IMG/VR virus record: IMGVR_UViG_2684623061_000002
Coordinates: 1-64,000 of that record
Length of the DNA: 64,000 nt
Source of the DNA: a virus
Taxonomy: Duplodnaviria > Caudoviricetes
Strand: one strand, 5' to 3'
Part shown: positions 1-9,666 of the stretch, piece by piece
Numbering within the stretch: position 1 is the first letter of the stretch
Layout of the letters: every line of letters starts with the position of its first letter
Translations under genes and position numbers: made by a program
Notes under the pieces: generated by a model
Databases searched by the model: none
The model's input: the letters and a program-made list of their open reading frames with translations, nothing else
Told to the model about the DNA's origin: nothing

Positions 1-699
1 ATGAAAAAAGCCGTCGTACTGGTCTCCGGAGGCATGGACTCCGCCGTCGTCATCGCCATCGCGCGCGAGCAGGGCTATGCCGTGCACGCGCTCAGCGTGC
101 GCTACGGCCAACGCCACACCTCCGAACTCGACGCCGCCGCCCGCCTCGCCGACTCGCTGGGCGCGGTCGCCCACAAGACCGTCAGCGTCGATCTGCGCAG
201 CATCGGCGGCTCGGCCCTGACCGACGAGGCCATCTCGGTGCCGCTAGACAACGACGGCCACGCCATCGGCACGGCCGCGGCCAAGGACGACATCCCGGTC
301 ACCTACGTGCCCGCGCGCAACACCATCATGCTGTCGATCGCCCTGGGCTGGGCCGAAGTGCTGGGCGCCAACGACATCTTCTGCGGCGTCAACGCCGTCG
401 ACTACTCCGGCTACCCCGACTGCCGCCCCGAGTTCGTCGAGGCCTTCGAGCGCCTGGCCAACCTGGCGACCAAGGCCGGCGTCGAGGGCGCCGGCCTGCG
501 CGTGCAGGCACCGCTGCAGTTCATGAGCAAGGCCGACATCGTCCGCGAGGGCGTGCGCCTGGGCGTGGACTTCGCCGAGACCGTCTCGTGCTACCAGGCC
601 GACGCCGACGGCCGCGCCTGCGGCCACTGCGACGCCTGCCGCCTGCGCGCCGAAGGCTTCAGCGCCGCCGGCGTGGCCGACCCGACCCGCTACGTCTGA
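1..699 (+). CDS. queC: 7-cyano-7-deazaguanine synthase QueC
   Basis: SGGMDS PP-loop, TYVPARN, GYPDCR and CGHCDAC motifs; host-like codon usage. Confidence 0.97.
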   Translation: MKKAVVLVSGGMDSAVVIAIAREQGYAVHALSVRYGQRHTSELDAAARLADSLGAVAHKTVSVDLRSIGGSALTDEAISVPLDNDGHAIGTAAAKDDIPVTYVPARNTIMLSIALGWAEVLGANDIFCGVNAVDYSGYPDCRPEFVEAFERLANLATKAGVEGAGLRVQAPLQFMSKADIVREGVRLGVDFAETVSCYQADADGRACGHCDACRLRAEGFSAAGVADPTRYV

Positions 700-807
700 A
701 CGGCTGAGGGTCTGAACGGCTTCGGCCAGGGGGGGCCTGACTGCGCCCCGCAGGTTTTGTTAGAATCACCGGCCCCGGCGCAGCGCCGGGACCGCAGCAA
801 CCGCTTC

Positions 808-883
808 GGGTCGTTAGCTCAGTCGGTAGAGCAGAAGACTTTTAATCTTTTGGTCGAAGGTTCGAATCCTTCACGACCCACCA
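808..883 (+). tRNA. tRNA-Lys (anticodon TTT), prophage integration target
   Basis: GGGTCGTTAGCTCAGTCGGTAGAGC...GGTTCGAATCC...CGACCCACCA, 76 nt, anticodon at 841-843, encoded CCA. Confidence 0.98.
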
Positions 884-884
884 A
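836..884 (+). repeat. att core, left end of prophage 1
   Basis: AGACTTTTAATCTTTTGGTCGAAGGTTCGAATCCTTCACGACCCACCAA is identical to 41237-41285. Confidence 0.96.
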
Positions 885-891
885 ATAAAAC

Positions 892-924
892 AGGCACTTA
901 GGGCGAACCCTAAGTGCCTTTTTT
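892..924 (+). terminator. Rho-independent terminator after the tRNA (phage-derived)
   Basis: AGGCACTTAGGG-CGAA-CCCTAAGTGCCT followed by a T tract. Confidence 0.88.
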
Positions 925-2085
925 CTTGTCCCGGGAAAATTCCCGGGAAAATTCGCGCTCGGCGGCAGGTTCCACGATAGGTACTTCGTGGTCGTAACGC
1001 TGCCGCATCTGCGGCGACTTGTGTCCACCTGACGCCTTGTCCGTTGAATCGGTGATGCCCCGATGCTTGAGGCCGTGAAGGGTGAAGCGCTGGTCATCGG
1101 TGATGACCTTGGCTTCCACCGCGGCATCCATCAACCGTTGCCATGCGCTGTCCAGGCTGGATTTCTGTAGCGGGGTTCCCGACTGATTGACGATCAGGAA
1201 CCGTTGCGAGGCCCGCATTGGTATAGGTCGCTTCTTGCGCAGAAACGCTGCCGCCCGCAAAGCCGCGAGCTCATCCCATGCAGCCCGCGTTGCCTTGTTC
1301 CATTTGGTGACGTTATCGAGACTACCTTTGCGGCGGTTACTCAAGATTCCTTCGGGGTAAGCATCGGCGTCCGTCAGCGTATTGACTTCAATTCCGCGTA
1401 GACGGCACGCATATGCCAGTTCCATCGCGGGAGCAAGGTAGGGCGACAAGCTGCCCTCGGTGTGAGCCGTCAATGCCCCTCGCTCCCGCGCGAATTTGAG
1501 TACCGCTTTAAACACGGGGTGAGGTGGCATTTTGTACTCGCCGCGTTCCTCAGCTAACGAAACACCTTTGCCGGGATTAGTTTTGCAGTGTCCCCGCTGC
1601 ACACCCCAAGAGAAAGCGCGGCGGGCAAAGCGGAGCATGTGATTAGCTTTGGTCGGCGTAGTTTTCGCAACTGCGTCCACCATGAGTTGAAAGACAGGCA
1701 CACTAAGTTTGTCAACAAATAGATTGCCGAGCGGTGCGCCGTTGAGAAGTGTTTTGTATTCGCTTACCTGTTTCGCATTGCGTTCGTAGTTGCTCTTAGA
1801 TTTGGTGCCTAGCTTTTTGAACTTGTCGGAGTCGAGGTACTGTTCGAATACGAATGCAACGGTTCCCCTAATCGCGGTGCCATTCGCAGCTTCCATCAAC
1901 GCATGAAGTTCAGAAAGTCGTGCAGTGGCCGTAGCGATGGTGATCTTTCTAGAGTTTCCGCCTTCCGGGCATGGCTCGCGGCGATACCAGCGGCCATGCT
2001 CGAAATAGATTCCCATCGGTAGCGCGTTCTGGTCGATATGCTTAGGTATGTTCGGGTTGAACTTCCGTTTTCTGCCTCGCGTCAT
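910..2085 (-). CDS. Tyrosine recombinase / phage integrase
   Basis: Catalytic-type R (CRLR), H-x-x-K-H (HGLKHRG), GH and Y (RYDH); adjacent to att. Confidence 0.93.
   Translation of the reverse strand: MTRGRKRKFNPNIPKHIDQNALPMGIYFEHGRWYRREPCPEGGNSRKITIATATARLSELHALMEAANGTAIRGTVAFVFEQYLDSDKFKKLGTKSKSNYERNAKQVSEYKTLLNGAPLGNLFVDKLSVPVFQLMVDAVAKTTPTKANHMLRFARRAFSWGVQRGHCKTNPGKGVSLAEERGEYKMPPHPVFKAVLKFARERGALTAHTEGSLSPYLAPAMELAYACRLRGIEVNTLTDADAYPEGILSNRRKGSLDNVTKWNKATRAAWDELAALRAAAFLRKKRPIPMRASQRFLIVNQSGTPLQKSSLDSAWQRLMDAAVEAKVITDDQRFTLHGLKHRGITDSTDKASGGHKSPQMRQRYDHEVPIVEPAAEREFSREFSRDKKKGT
929..954. repeat. Putative integrase arm-type sites (TCCCGGGAAAAT x2)
   Basis: Tandem 12-mer next to att; CCGGGAAAATT recurs at 41134-41144 near the other att. 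Confidence 0.6.
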
Positions 2086-2306
2086 CGCAACACCTGATGT
2101 GGTTCGTACATCTCGTCATCGTTCGCCGCGCTAAGACCCAGCGCGGCATTCAGGGCTTCAACAGTGGTCCAAATGCCGCCGTTACCGTCATAGCGAAATC
2201 TAATTCCGTTTTTCTCAGCCCAGCGAACCACGGTCGCTAGCTTGGGCCTGCCGCCCCTCTTGCACAGTTCCTGCAAATCTTCGTATTCCAAAACCGGCCC
2301 GATCAT
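2082..2306 (-). CDS. Excisionase-like protein (DUF4224-like)
   Basis: 74 aa, ATGA-coupled to integrase, W..KNGI.F motif. Confidence 0.7.
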   Translation of the reverse strand: MIGPVLEYEDLQELCKRGGRPKLATVVRWAEKNGIRFRYDGNGGIWTTVEALNAALGLSAANDDEMYEPHQVLR

Positions 2307-2548
2307 CGCTCCCCCGGATTGTGCAGTCGTAGCGATTGCTTACGGCCCTTCGCGGCTGGTGCGGCCCTGTGCTTGCGCACCCAGACGCAAAAGGCACGTA
2401 GGCCGCACCAGCGCGGTTTCGGGCGGCCTGTTGAGTAACACACTCGGCCGCTATGCACCAATAGCACGCGCCGTGATGGCGTTCGTGTCTTTGCGCGGCG
2501 CGGCGTTGCCCAAACCTGATTCTTTTCGATGCGATAACGAAGGCTCAT
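2303..2548 (-). CDS. Phage hypothetical protein (MSLRYRIEK...)
   Basis: ATGA overlaps on both sides; start re-called inside ORF 2303..2971. Confidence 0.6.
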   Translation of the reverse strand: MSLRYRIEKNQVWATPRRAKTRTPSRRVLLVHSGRVCYSTGRPKPRWCGLRAFCVWVRKHRAAPAAKGRKQSLRLHNPGER

Positions 2549-2766
2549 GCGCGGCACTTCGCGCAAGTGAATCGATTGACCAGCAATCCCGACTGGCAGA
2601 CGACGCGCACGCGCCCGCCAGCGATAGGACGTGCAACATTGCAGCGATGACAGCGGCGCGCATAGACGGTAAACGGGGGGCGACAAGCGACGACGGGCCA
2701 AGGCGCGGCCGGCGCGCTCTCCAAAGGAGCGCGCCGGCCGCCGAAGCGATTGATTGTTCGACCCAT
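2545..2766 (-). CDS. Phage hypothetical Zn-ribbon protein (MGRTINRF...)
   Basis: CHRC and CAKC pairs; part of the coupled early operon. Confidence 0.55.
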   Translation of the reverse strand: MGRTINRFGGRRAPLESAPAAPWPVVACRPPFTVYARRCHRCNVARPIAGGRVRVVCQSGLLVNRFTCAKCRA

Positions 2767-2768
2767 CG

Positions 2769-3062
2769 TTAGCCCCCTCGCGCAAGCGACAGCGGGAATT
2801 GCACGACGCCTGCCATGTCGTACTGAGGCACCTGTGCTGCGGGCTCGATGCGGCGCAGGCGCGGCCGGCGTGTTGTGTTGATTCGCCGCCACTGCTGCAA
2901 CGCATCGCCCACGCACGCATGCTTAGCCGTCTGCCGACACTCGCATTCCAGCAAATGACCGCCGCCCGCACTCGCGGCGCGCTGGTCGTGCATATGGCGG
3001 GCTGTGTGTCCGCTGATGCACGTAGGCAACGTGACTTGGTGCGAAATCTGCCGTTGGGTCAT
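2769..3062 (-). CDS. Phage hypothetical protein (MTQRQISH...)
   Basis: ATGA overlap with the upstream gene. Confidence 0.6.
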   Translation of the reverse strand: MTQRQISHQVTLPTCISGHTARHMHDQRAASAGGGHLLECECRQTAKHACVGDALQQWRRINTTRRPRLRRIEPAAQVPQYDMAGVVQFPLSLARGG

Positions 3063-3244
3063 GCGACCCCCAACGTGCGGCGCACCGCCTGCGGCCCTTG
3101 CGAGCGACGTAACCCGGTGGCTGTAACCCCGCACGCCAGCAGGGCGCGGCGGAACTCGCGGCGTTGCGCATACTGCCGCGCGGCACTGCCGAAGCGTCCG
3201 GCCAACGCAAGCCGAACAATGAAACGTTGGATTGGCTTAGTCAT
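3059..3244 (-). CDS. Phage hypothetical protein
   Basis: Overlaps neighbours in the early operon. Confidence 0.5.
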   Translation of the reverse strand: MTKPIQRFIVRLALAGRFGSAARQYAQRREFRRALLACGVTATGLRRSQGPQAVRRTLGVA

Positions 3245-3869
3245 GCGCGCCAGCCTTGGCCGACGCGCGGGCAGAAGTTAGTACGGCGATTGCCGTCGCC
3301 ACGTCCTCGGGAAGCGGAATGTAATTGAGGTACTCGCAAAGTTCCTCGCCAAGGACGGTTTCGGAATCGTCCCAACGCGGATCGCGGCATCGCCAAGTGC
3401 CGGTGCCGATGCGCGCCCAGGTCCGTGCGACTGCGGCACCCTGGCCGGCGACCCGCGCCGTTTGCCGGATCGAGTCATGGCCTATGACCAATACGATTTC
3501 GATATTGACCGGATCAGGCTGCGGCAGTTTTTCGCGGAAATCTGCCGCCAGCTTTGCGCACGAACTAGCGCGGCGGTCCGAAAGCTTGGCGAGGTCTTCG
3601 GCGCCTTGAGCCAGAAGAACGCGATCAGCACTCGGGGCGAGGGGATTGCCTCGATGAACTTCCGCCATCGCCCGATTCTCGGCGGCTTCCGCGCGGTGAC
3701 GCGCCTCGGCGGCGTCGAAATAGGCGATGGAACGGCGCAGGTTGCCGACCAATCGCGATTCGTCGCGGGCGAGCGTGCTAGCCTTTCCAGTGGTCCCGGT
3801 GCCGCGATCCGCGTGGGGTGCTGCCGCTGCCGGCTTCGTGTCGGTGCTGTGGTGCATGGTTCTCTCCAT
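3237..3869 (-). CDS. Phage hypothetical protein
   Basis: 210-aa ORF directly downstream of the replication gene. Confidence 0.6.
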   Translation of the reverse strand: MERTMHHSTDTKPAAAAPHADRGTGTTGKASTLARDESRLVGNLRRSIAYFDAAEARHRAEAAENRAMAEVHRGNPLAPSADRVLLAQGAEDLAKLSDRRASSCAKLAADFREKLPQPDPVNIEIVLVIGHDSIRQTARVAGQGAAVARTWARIGTGTWRCRDPRWDDSETVLGEELCEYLNYIPLPEDVATAIAVLTSARASAKAGAHD

Positions 3870-3924
3870 TTACTGCGTGGTGATGGCCTTGGGGAGAGCT
3901 GTAACTCTCCCGCCGGGGCCGCTC

Positions 3925-6573
3925 TTATGCTTCGCGCCGGAAGACCCAGCACTTTTTTGTTGCGTTGTTGATTCGCGAATTGACGGCGGTGTTATCCACG
4001 AACTTGCGCACCTGTGAGGTCCGCAATAGCCGTTTCAGTTCGGTCATGTCGCAGGGGAGCCGGCTACCGGCTTTGGATAGCCGGGCCTCAAGTTCCACTA
4101 GGCTGATAGCGATCAGTTTCTCGTCGCGGTGATGATTGAGCGTCGAGCCTTCGCTATCCCCATGTACGTAATCGAACAGTTCCCAGAACGTTTGCACGTG
4201 CGGGTGATCCGCGTTGATCGCCACTTGGCGTTCCAACGCCATGCCAATGAGCGCGCTATGCGTTTCGCTGTATTGCGCGTCCGTCATCGGAACGACCAAA
4301 CGCAGCGCGTCCACGAACGCCATGATTTGCGCGTGATTCTTGGCGAGTCGGCCGTTCTTCATATCGGCCAGGGCCATCAACTGATTCGAATAGTCGTTAG
4401 TGTTCTCGGTGATGATCTTCATCACATCGCGTTCGCGCTGCGCCGCCATTAGCGCAAACCCGGACACCGAAGCAACATCGATGGCCGATAGCTGTTCCGC
4501 GATGGCCTTGTTGGCGGCGCTGTGCAGCGTCTTATCGAACGTCATATGCACGATACGTTCCATGACCGCATTGCTCGCGCTAACCGCTGCATTCTGTTCG
4601 ATCAGGATCGAACCGCGAAACGGCGGGTCGTAAGTATCAGTTCCCGAGTTTTTCAAGCCGATGGCGCGGCCGACATGGCCGTTATACAGCGGCTTTATTT
4701 CGTCCCAATCGAATCGCTTTTGCTTGTTGTCATCTTCCTTGCCGCGATCCGACTCGATCAATACGACGGGAAGATTCGCGCTTTGCGTGAAGGTCCGCAT
4801 GCGGCCGGCCAGGGTCGATTTGGTCGGGTCGGTGCCTTCGTGCCCGGTGCGTCCGACCAGCTTCCACAGGAAATCGATCAGCGTTGATTTACCCGTGCCG
4901 GGTTCGCCCGACATTTCTAGGAACGGCAAGCTCTGCTGTTTCGCTCGGATTTGTTCGGCGAACAAGGTTCCGAACCAGAACGCGAGCGACACCATGCCTT
5001 TGACGCCGTAACAGGCCCAAATCATGCTCAACCAATCGCTGCGGTAGTCCTCGCGCTTGAGGTTAAGAGCAAGTCCCATGCTCTCGTTGAGACTCTTAAT
5101 CGACAGCTTGCCAATGTCGAAATAGTCCTCGTCGTTGCGCTTGTAGATCACGCCATCTTTCACGGCTACATCGCCGAACACGTAGCAGCCGTGTTCGCGG
5201 GTGTAGCCGATAAAATTGATGGTCTCGACTTCCTTGATGTTGAACAGCATTTCTTTCATTACACGATCTAGTTGGGGGGTGGTGCCACTGAATTGCGCGC
5301 CACGGGCTACCCCGTAGGCGCGCTTTTTGAACTCGCTCGCCGTTGCGATCTGACCAGCGGTGAACGTGTCTTTGACGGGTTGCCCGCCATGAGGGAAAGA
5401 AATTCGGAAGTAGTACCAACTTTCGTCGGTCATTCGGTTTGACTGGAAGTACAGCGCGGTCGGGTTGAAGTTCGCAAACTCCGATACGGAAAACGAGCGC
5501 TTCAATGCTTCGTCCCGTAGTTCCTCGTCGGACAGGTCGGAGTCCCCTTCGGCGAGCTTTTCTTTGGCCTCTTTATAAGCGGCGTCATTGAACGAAGCCC
5601 AATACATGCTGTTGCCGTGTTCGAAATGAAACGATGCGCGTTCGGTGCGCTTGTAGATGAGTCGGGCTTTCTGCGTCGGCGTTTCAGCGCACAACAACGC
5701 GCCTTCGTACAAGTACGATTCGCGATCTTTCGCGGTGAGTGTTCCGCGTTGGTGGGCGTCGTTCCAATCGACCTTGTCGCGCCCCTGTCTCGGGATGATG
5801 GCTGCGGTCGCGGCCCAACCCTCGGTGCGCGCACGCCGTACCCATCGAAGGGCGTAGCCGCGCCCGGCCTTGTCGTCGTCAAGCGCAAACACCAACTGCG
5901 GCAGATTGGCGTCGGATGCCTCGCATTCGGCGCGCAGTCGCTTGAGAGCGATTTCGGGATAGTTGTTGCACGACATAAGCGCACGCGCCGCGATGCCGTT
6001 TAGCTCCAGGGCGTAAGCGTCAAAGATGCCTTCGGACAACCACAGTTGTTTAGGCGCCTTCGCGCTGTCGGGCAGTTGCCACCATTCGCCGGCCCGGTCC
6101 TTGCCGGGCGCGAACTTGGCCTTTTGCTTGCCGAATCGCTCAGGGCGATCTATGAAGCGCTCCCACCAACTGCCATTAGGAAGCGCAAAGCGGACCGTCG
6201 CGGTTCCGATCCTCAGTTCCTGGTCGTAGTGCCGTTCCTGCGTGTAGAGGCCGCGCAGGCGGGTCAGCGCGAAGCCCCGCGACTCTCTCAGATAGGCATC
6301 GGCGGCGGCGTGCGGCTCCGCGTCGGTCGTCTTGATGCGGTCGGAGTAGCTTTCGAACAAGTCGCGATAGATGTCGCGGATGTAGATGACGGCGCCGCAG
6401 TTGTTTTCTCGGCCGCATTTCAGCGCGACTGGCTCCGATGCGTTGGTGTATAGCTCACGTTCGCCGCATTCGGGGCACTTGCCCTTTTGATACCAACCCT
6501 GGTCACTCTTGCGCTTGAACTGGTAATCCCGTTCAAGGCGCTTGACGATTTCGTGTTGCAGTTCTTTGCGCAT
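3925..6573 (-). CDS. Zn-finger/TOPRIM primase-helicase replication protein
   Basis: CPECG...CGRENNC, TOPRIM EGIFDA and LDDD, Walker A GEPGTGKS. Confidence 0.9.
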   Translation of the reverse strand: MRKELQHEIVKRLERDYQFKRKSDQGWYQKGKCPECGERELYTNASEPVALKCGRENNCGAVIYIRDIYRDLFESYSDRIKTTDAEPHAAADAYLRESRGFALTRLRGLYTQERHYDQELRIGTATVRFALPNGSWWERFIDRPERFGKQKAKFAPGKDRAGEWWQLPDSAKAPKQLWLSEGIFDAYALELNGIAARALMSCNNYPEIALKRLRAECEASDANLPQLVFALDDDKAGRGYALRWVRRARTEGWAATAAIIPRQGRDKVDWNDAHQRGTLTAKDRESYLYEGALLCAETPTQKARLIYKRTERASFHFEHGNSMYWASFNDAAYKEAKEKLAEGDSDLSDEELRDEALKRSFSVSEFANFNPTALYFQSNRMTDESWYYFRISFPHGGQPVKDTFTAGQIATASEFKKRAYGVARGAQFSGTTPQLDRVMKEMLFNIKEVETINFIGYTREHGCYVFGDVAVKDGVIYKRNDEDYFDIGKLSIKSLNESMGLALNLKREDYRSDWLSMIWACYGVKGMVSLAFWFGTLFAEQIRAKQQSLPFLEMSGEPGTGKSTLIDFLWKLVGRTGHEGTDPTKSTLAGRMRTFTQSANLPVVLIESDRGKEDDNKQKRFDWDEIKPLYNGHVGRAIGLKNSGTDTYDPPFRGSILIEQNAAVSASNAVMERIVHMTFDKTLHSAANKAIAEQLSAIDVASVSGFALMAAQRERDVMKIITENTNDYSNQLMALADMKNGRLAKNHAQIMAFVDALRLVVPMTDAQYSETHSALIGMALERQVAINADHPHVQTFWELFDYVHGDSEGSTLNHHRDEKLIAISLVELEARLSKAGSRLPCDMTELKRLLRTSQVRKFVDNTAVNSRINNATKKCWVFRREA

Positions 6574-6679
6574 GGGTTACTTCGGGCAATAGGAAGCCGT
6601 GCCCGGCCAAATGGCCGTGCGGGATGGCAGTAGGTGGCGAGGCGTCGCGAGCGACGCAGACAGCTAGCGGGCGCTAGGC

Positions 6680-6955
6680 TCAGTCATTGGCTGCATCCAT
6701 GAGCGCAAGTTCCATTTGGTGAACGATGGTGCGGATCAAGACATTGCGGGCAAAGGGCAATTGCACGTCGGGATTCGGACATGCCGAGGGTGATGTAGTG
6801 CGGACAGCGATCAAGTCGGCAACCCAGCTATGACCGCACATGTCGTTCGTGCATCGAAACGTGACCTCGCGATAGGTGGCCGTCATTTCCCGACTTGAAC
6901 GCACGTTCGCGACGTGGCGGCAGTGGCCGCATTGCATGGTGAGTTGGCGACTCAT
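6680..6955 (-). CDS. Ogr/Delta-like zinc-finger late transcription activator
   Basis: CGHC...RSS.....REVTFRCTNDMCGHSW; start re-called at MSRQLTM. Confidence 0.88.
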   Translation of the reverse strand: MSRQLTMQCGHCRHVANVRSSREMTATYREVTFRCTNDMCGHSWVADLIAVRTTSPSACPNPDVQLPFARNVLIRTIVHQMELALMDAAND

Positions 6956-6957
6956 GC

Positions 6958-7173
6958 TTACCGCTTCCCTGCGACCGCGCTCCGCTTTAGACCCAGGGCA
7001 ACAGCCGCACGATGCGATTCGCCTCGGTGTCCTTTGGTCGTGCCATACAGCGCGTGGTAAACCGCCGCCGTGGTTAGGTCGTTGTCGCGGGCGAACTGCG
7101 CCATGCTGATTCCCTGGCGATGCAGCGCCGCCTTGGCCTGTTCCGGGGTCCGAATCCGTGATCGATTTGACAT
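6958..7173 (-). CDS. Cox/Ner-like DNA-binding protein (BcepMu gp16-like)
   Basis: RTPEQAK..L...GIS..QFA...RGESHRAAVALGLK; divergent from the repressor. Confidence 0.8.
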   Translation of the reverse strand: MSNRSRIRTPEQAKAALHRQGISMAQFARDNDLTTAAVYHALYGTTKGHRGESHRAAVALGLKRSAVAGKR

Positions 7174-7211
7174 TGCGAAAGATGCCGATAGGTTCTTGTA
7201 GATGAGGCTCC

Positions 7212-7240
7212 ATCTTGAGGAAAAATATTCCTCATGTCAA
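7212..7240 (-). promoter_or_regulatory. Early promoter with a palindromic operator in the spacer
   Basis: Minus strand TTGACA-17 nt-CAAGAT; TGAGGAA-N5-TTCCTCA at 7216-7234. Confidence 0.65.
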
Positions 7241-7246
7241 CGAACT

Positions 7247-7681
7247 ATGGTGAATATTTTGGACATTGGAACTAGGCTCAAGGAAGAACGTGAACGGCTC
7301 AGCCTGTCGCAGATCGATCTAGCAGCGGCTACAGGCGTGGAAAGAAAAACGCAGGCGAACTATGAGGCCGGACGAAGCGAACCCACGGCGGGCTATCTAG
7401 CGCGTGCGGCTCACCTCGGCTTCGATATCAGTTATGTGGTTCTCGGCGTTCCTGCGGCGTCTTTGGCGACAGAGGAACAGGAATTGCTTCGTCGGTTTCG
7501 GGGCGCCACCGATGACCTGCGGGCGGGCGCACTAGCCGTGTTAGGCGTGTCGGGATCGGCTCGAACTGGCGTTCATATCGCGGGTGATGTCACGCATGTG
7601 AGTCATGGTCCCATGACCGGGGCGAATACCTACAACGTCGGCGGCAAGAGCGGGCGCAAAAAAAGGGGGCCGACCGACTGA
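7247..7681 (+). CDS. XRE-family immunity repressor
   Basis: IGTRLKEERERLSLSQ...TQANYEAGRSEP HTH; start re-called. Confidence 0.88.
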   Translation: MVNILDIGTRLKEERERLSLSQIDLAAATGVERKTQANYEAGRSEPTAGYLARAAHLGFDISYVVLGVPAASLATEEQELLRRFRGATDDLRAGALAVLGVSGSARTGVHIAGDVTHVSHGPMTGANTYNVGGKSGRKKRGPTD

Positions 7682-8267
7682 CGCCGGAGGTCAACATCGG
7701 ATCGCTTACGGTCAATGATGTACGCGAACAGTCAGTCACGATTTATTGGGGTTTGCCGAGTCTGCGCGGTAACGCGAATTGGTCGATACGTAATGACCTG
7801 TTGGGCGCTCCCGAATGGTCGCAGTGGGGCCTACGCGCACAGAACGACGAACAGCGAAGTGATGCGAGGACGCGCGATCAACCCGCATGCCACCACCGGG
7901 TCAACCTTCTGAAATGTCGGGGCGGAAAAGCCCGGCAGGCTCGCGCAGATCGCGGCGCCCTGCGCGAAACACGGGGTAGAGATTGCCGCAACGATGCGTC
8001 GGGACTCTGCACAATGTGGTGTAGGAAAAATCCTACTCCGAAAATTCGAGCGAACAGACACGGCAAAGCCGCCCCGGTTCAACACACGGGGCGTACGCGT
8101 AAGAGAAAGAGGACGCCGGCGCTTGAGGTCCATGCGGTCGATGCGTCGCGATCCTTCGCAACACGAAATGGCCTAGGCGTCCACGCGTAGTTTCGTGGGA
8201 AGCGCGGCGGCGCGCAATCGGAGTTGTCCCCTCTGCGCGTGTAGGAATTTCCCTCGGACTGAACAAT

Positions 8268-9260
8268 TCAGTCCGAGACCGCCTCAAGTTCAAGCGCGGT
8301 CGAAAGTCCACTGTCGCCGGTCATCGTGTGCGTGGTCTTGGCGATCAGCCAGGGCGTGCCGTCCATTTCCGGTTTGAAGCCGCGCACGCGCACGCGCTGT
8401 TCCGGGTATAGCTCCGGGCGGCCGATTGCCAGCGTGTACGACAACGTAGCGGCGCCGCGCTGCACGCGCGCCCATTCCGCATCGGCTTGTTCGCGGGCCT
8501 CGGCTTCGCTGGCGTAGGTCTCGCGCAGTCGCTTGGCGTCGCCACTTTCGCCGACCAGGACCGATTTGCGATTCGCTCCCGCGTGATCCGTCCAATATGC
8601 GCGCACGCCGCTGTACTTATCGCGGTCGGCGTAAGCGAAGCGGTGACTGTCGCCGTCCGCGCGGGCAATGGTGGCTTGCGGCAACGCCGTGCCGGTCGGC
8701 GTGGCCCCGCTGCCAATCGGCGCGAATAGCAAGCTGCCGCCCTTGATGGTCGCCACGGCGTCATATCGCTGGCCCAGGCGTGCCAACAGGGCGAGGTCGC
8801 TTTCGCTTTGGTCCAGATGCGCCAGCCTCACCGCCGCCAGCGTCGGCGCAATGCGCGGCTGCAAGCGATGCTCGCCGGCCAACTGGCGCAACACGGCGCC
8901 CAGCGTGACGCCATGCCATGACCGTTCCTGCCGGGTTCGCAGCGGGCGCGTCATATCGGCGCTGCGTGCGCGGATCGTAATCACGTCGGGCGAGCCCGAA
9001 TGTTCCACCTCATCGACGGTGAATGTGCCTTTGTCGATCAGACCGCGACCGCGCCAGCCGAGCGCAATCGACAGCAGCACGCCACGACGCGGCAATGCCA
9101 TTGCGCGGTCATGGTCCTGAATCCGTAGGTCGAGCTGGTCGGCCTCGCCGCCGCGTGCCTCGGAGAGCGACAGGTCGAGCAAGCGGGGCCGTACCCGGTC
9201 GGTCAAGTCTTTACCGTCGAGCGTTACCCGCCAATCGGGGATCGCGTGCGCGGGGCTCAT
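8268..9260 (-). CDS. Late control / baseplate hub protein (P2 gpD-like)
   Basis: ADQLDL, DKGTFTVDEVEHSGSPD, QSESDL motifs. Confidence 0.92.
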   Translation of the reverse strand: MSPAHAIPDWRVTLDGKDLTDRVRPRLLDLSLSEARGGEADQLDLRIQDHDRAMALPRRGVLLSIALGWRGRGLIDKGTFTVDEVEHSGSPDVITIRARSADMTRPLRTRQERSWHGVTLGAVLRQLAGEHRLQPRIAPTLAAVRLAHLDQSESDLALLARLGQRYDAVATIKGGSLLFAPIGSGATPTGTALPQATIARADGDSHRFAYADRDKYSGVRAYWTDHAGANRKSVLVGESGDAKRLRETYASEAEAREQADAEWARVQRGAATLSYTLAIGRPELYPEQRVRVRGFKPEMDGTPWLIAKTTHTMTGDSGLSTALELEAVSD

Positions 9261-9664
9261 GCGCGGCCCCGCTGGTCGCGGTCGCTGTCGTCGTCGGCGC
9301 GGACCAACGTCATATCGAATTCGATGCGGCGAGCGGCGCCATCGGCAAACAGAAGCGTGCGCGTTTCGTTCAGATCGCCGATTACGAAACCGCCGTAGAC
9401 GATGCCGGTCCCTTCGACCAGGGCGAACACCTCGCCCGTGTTAGCCATGCCGCGCAGCACGTCGAGTGATATCGGCGTGCCGGTCAGATCGGGCGCGATC
9501 AGCCCGGATAGACGGATGGTGTCGTCGCCCGGCCCGACGTACTGCCGCGCCGCGCGAGCGCCCACGCGATCCGAGCCCGGATGACGCCATGACGAACTGC
9601 GCTGAAACTGGTCATAGGCCAAGGTAGGGAGCGCGAACACGAATGTGCCCAATGCCATCATCAT
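9257..9664 (-). CDS. Tail protein (P2 gpU-like)
   Basis: MMMALG.FVF...TLAY, RIEF motifs. Confidence 0.92.
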   Translation of the reverse strand: MMMALGTFVFALPTLAYDQFQRSSSWRHPGSDRVGARAARQYVGPGDDTIRLSGLIAPDLTGTPISLDVLRGMANTGEVFALVEGTGIVYGGFVIGDLNETRTLLFADGAARRIEFDMTLVRADDDSDRDQRGRA

Positions 9665-9666
9665 GA

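Noticed and set aside
7715-8311. Several overlapping ORFs downstream of the repressor
   Set aside because: No frame has a convincing RBS, motif or composition; left unannotated
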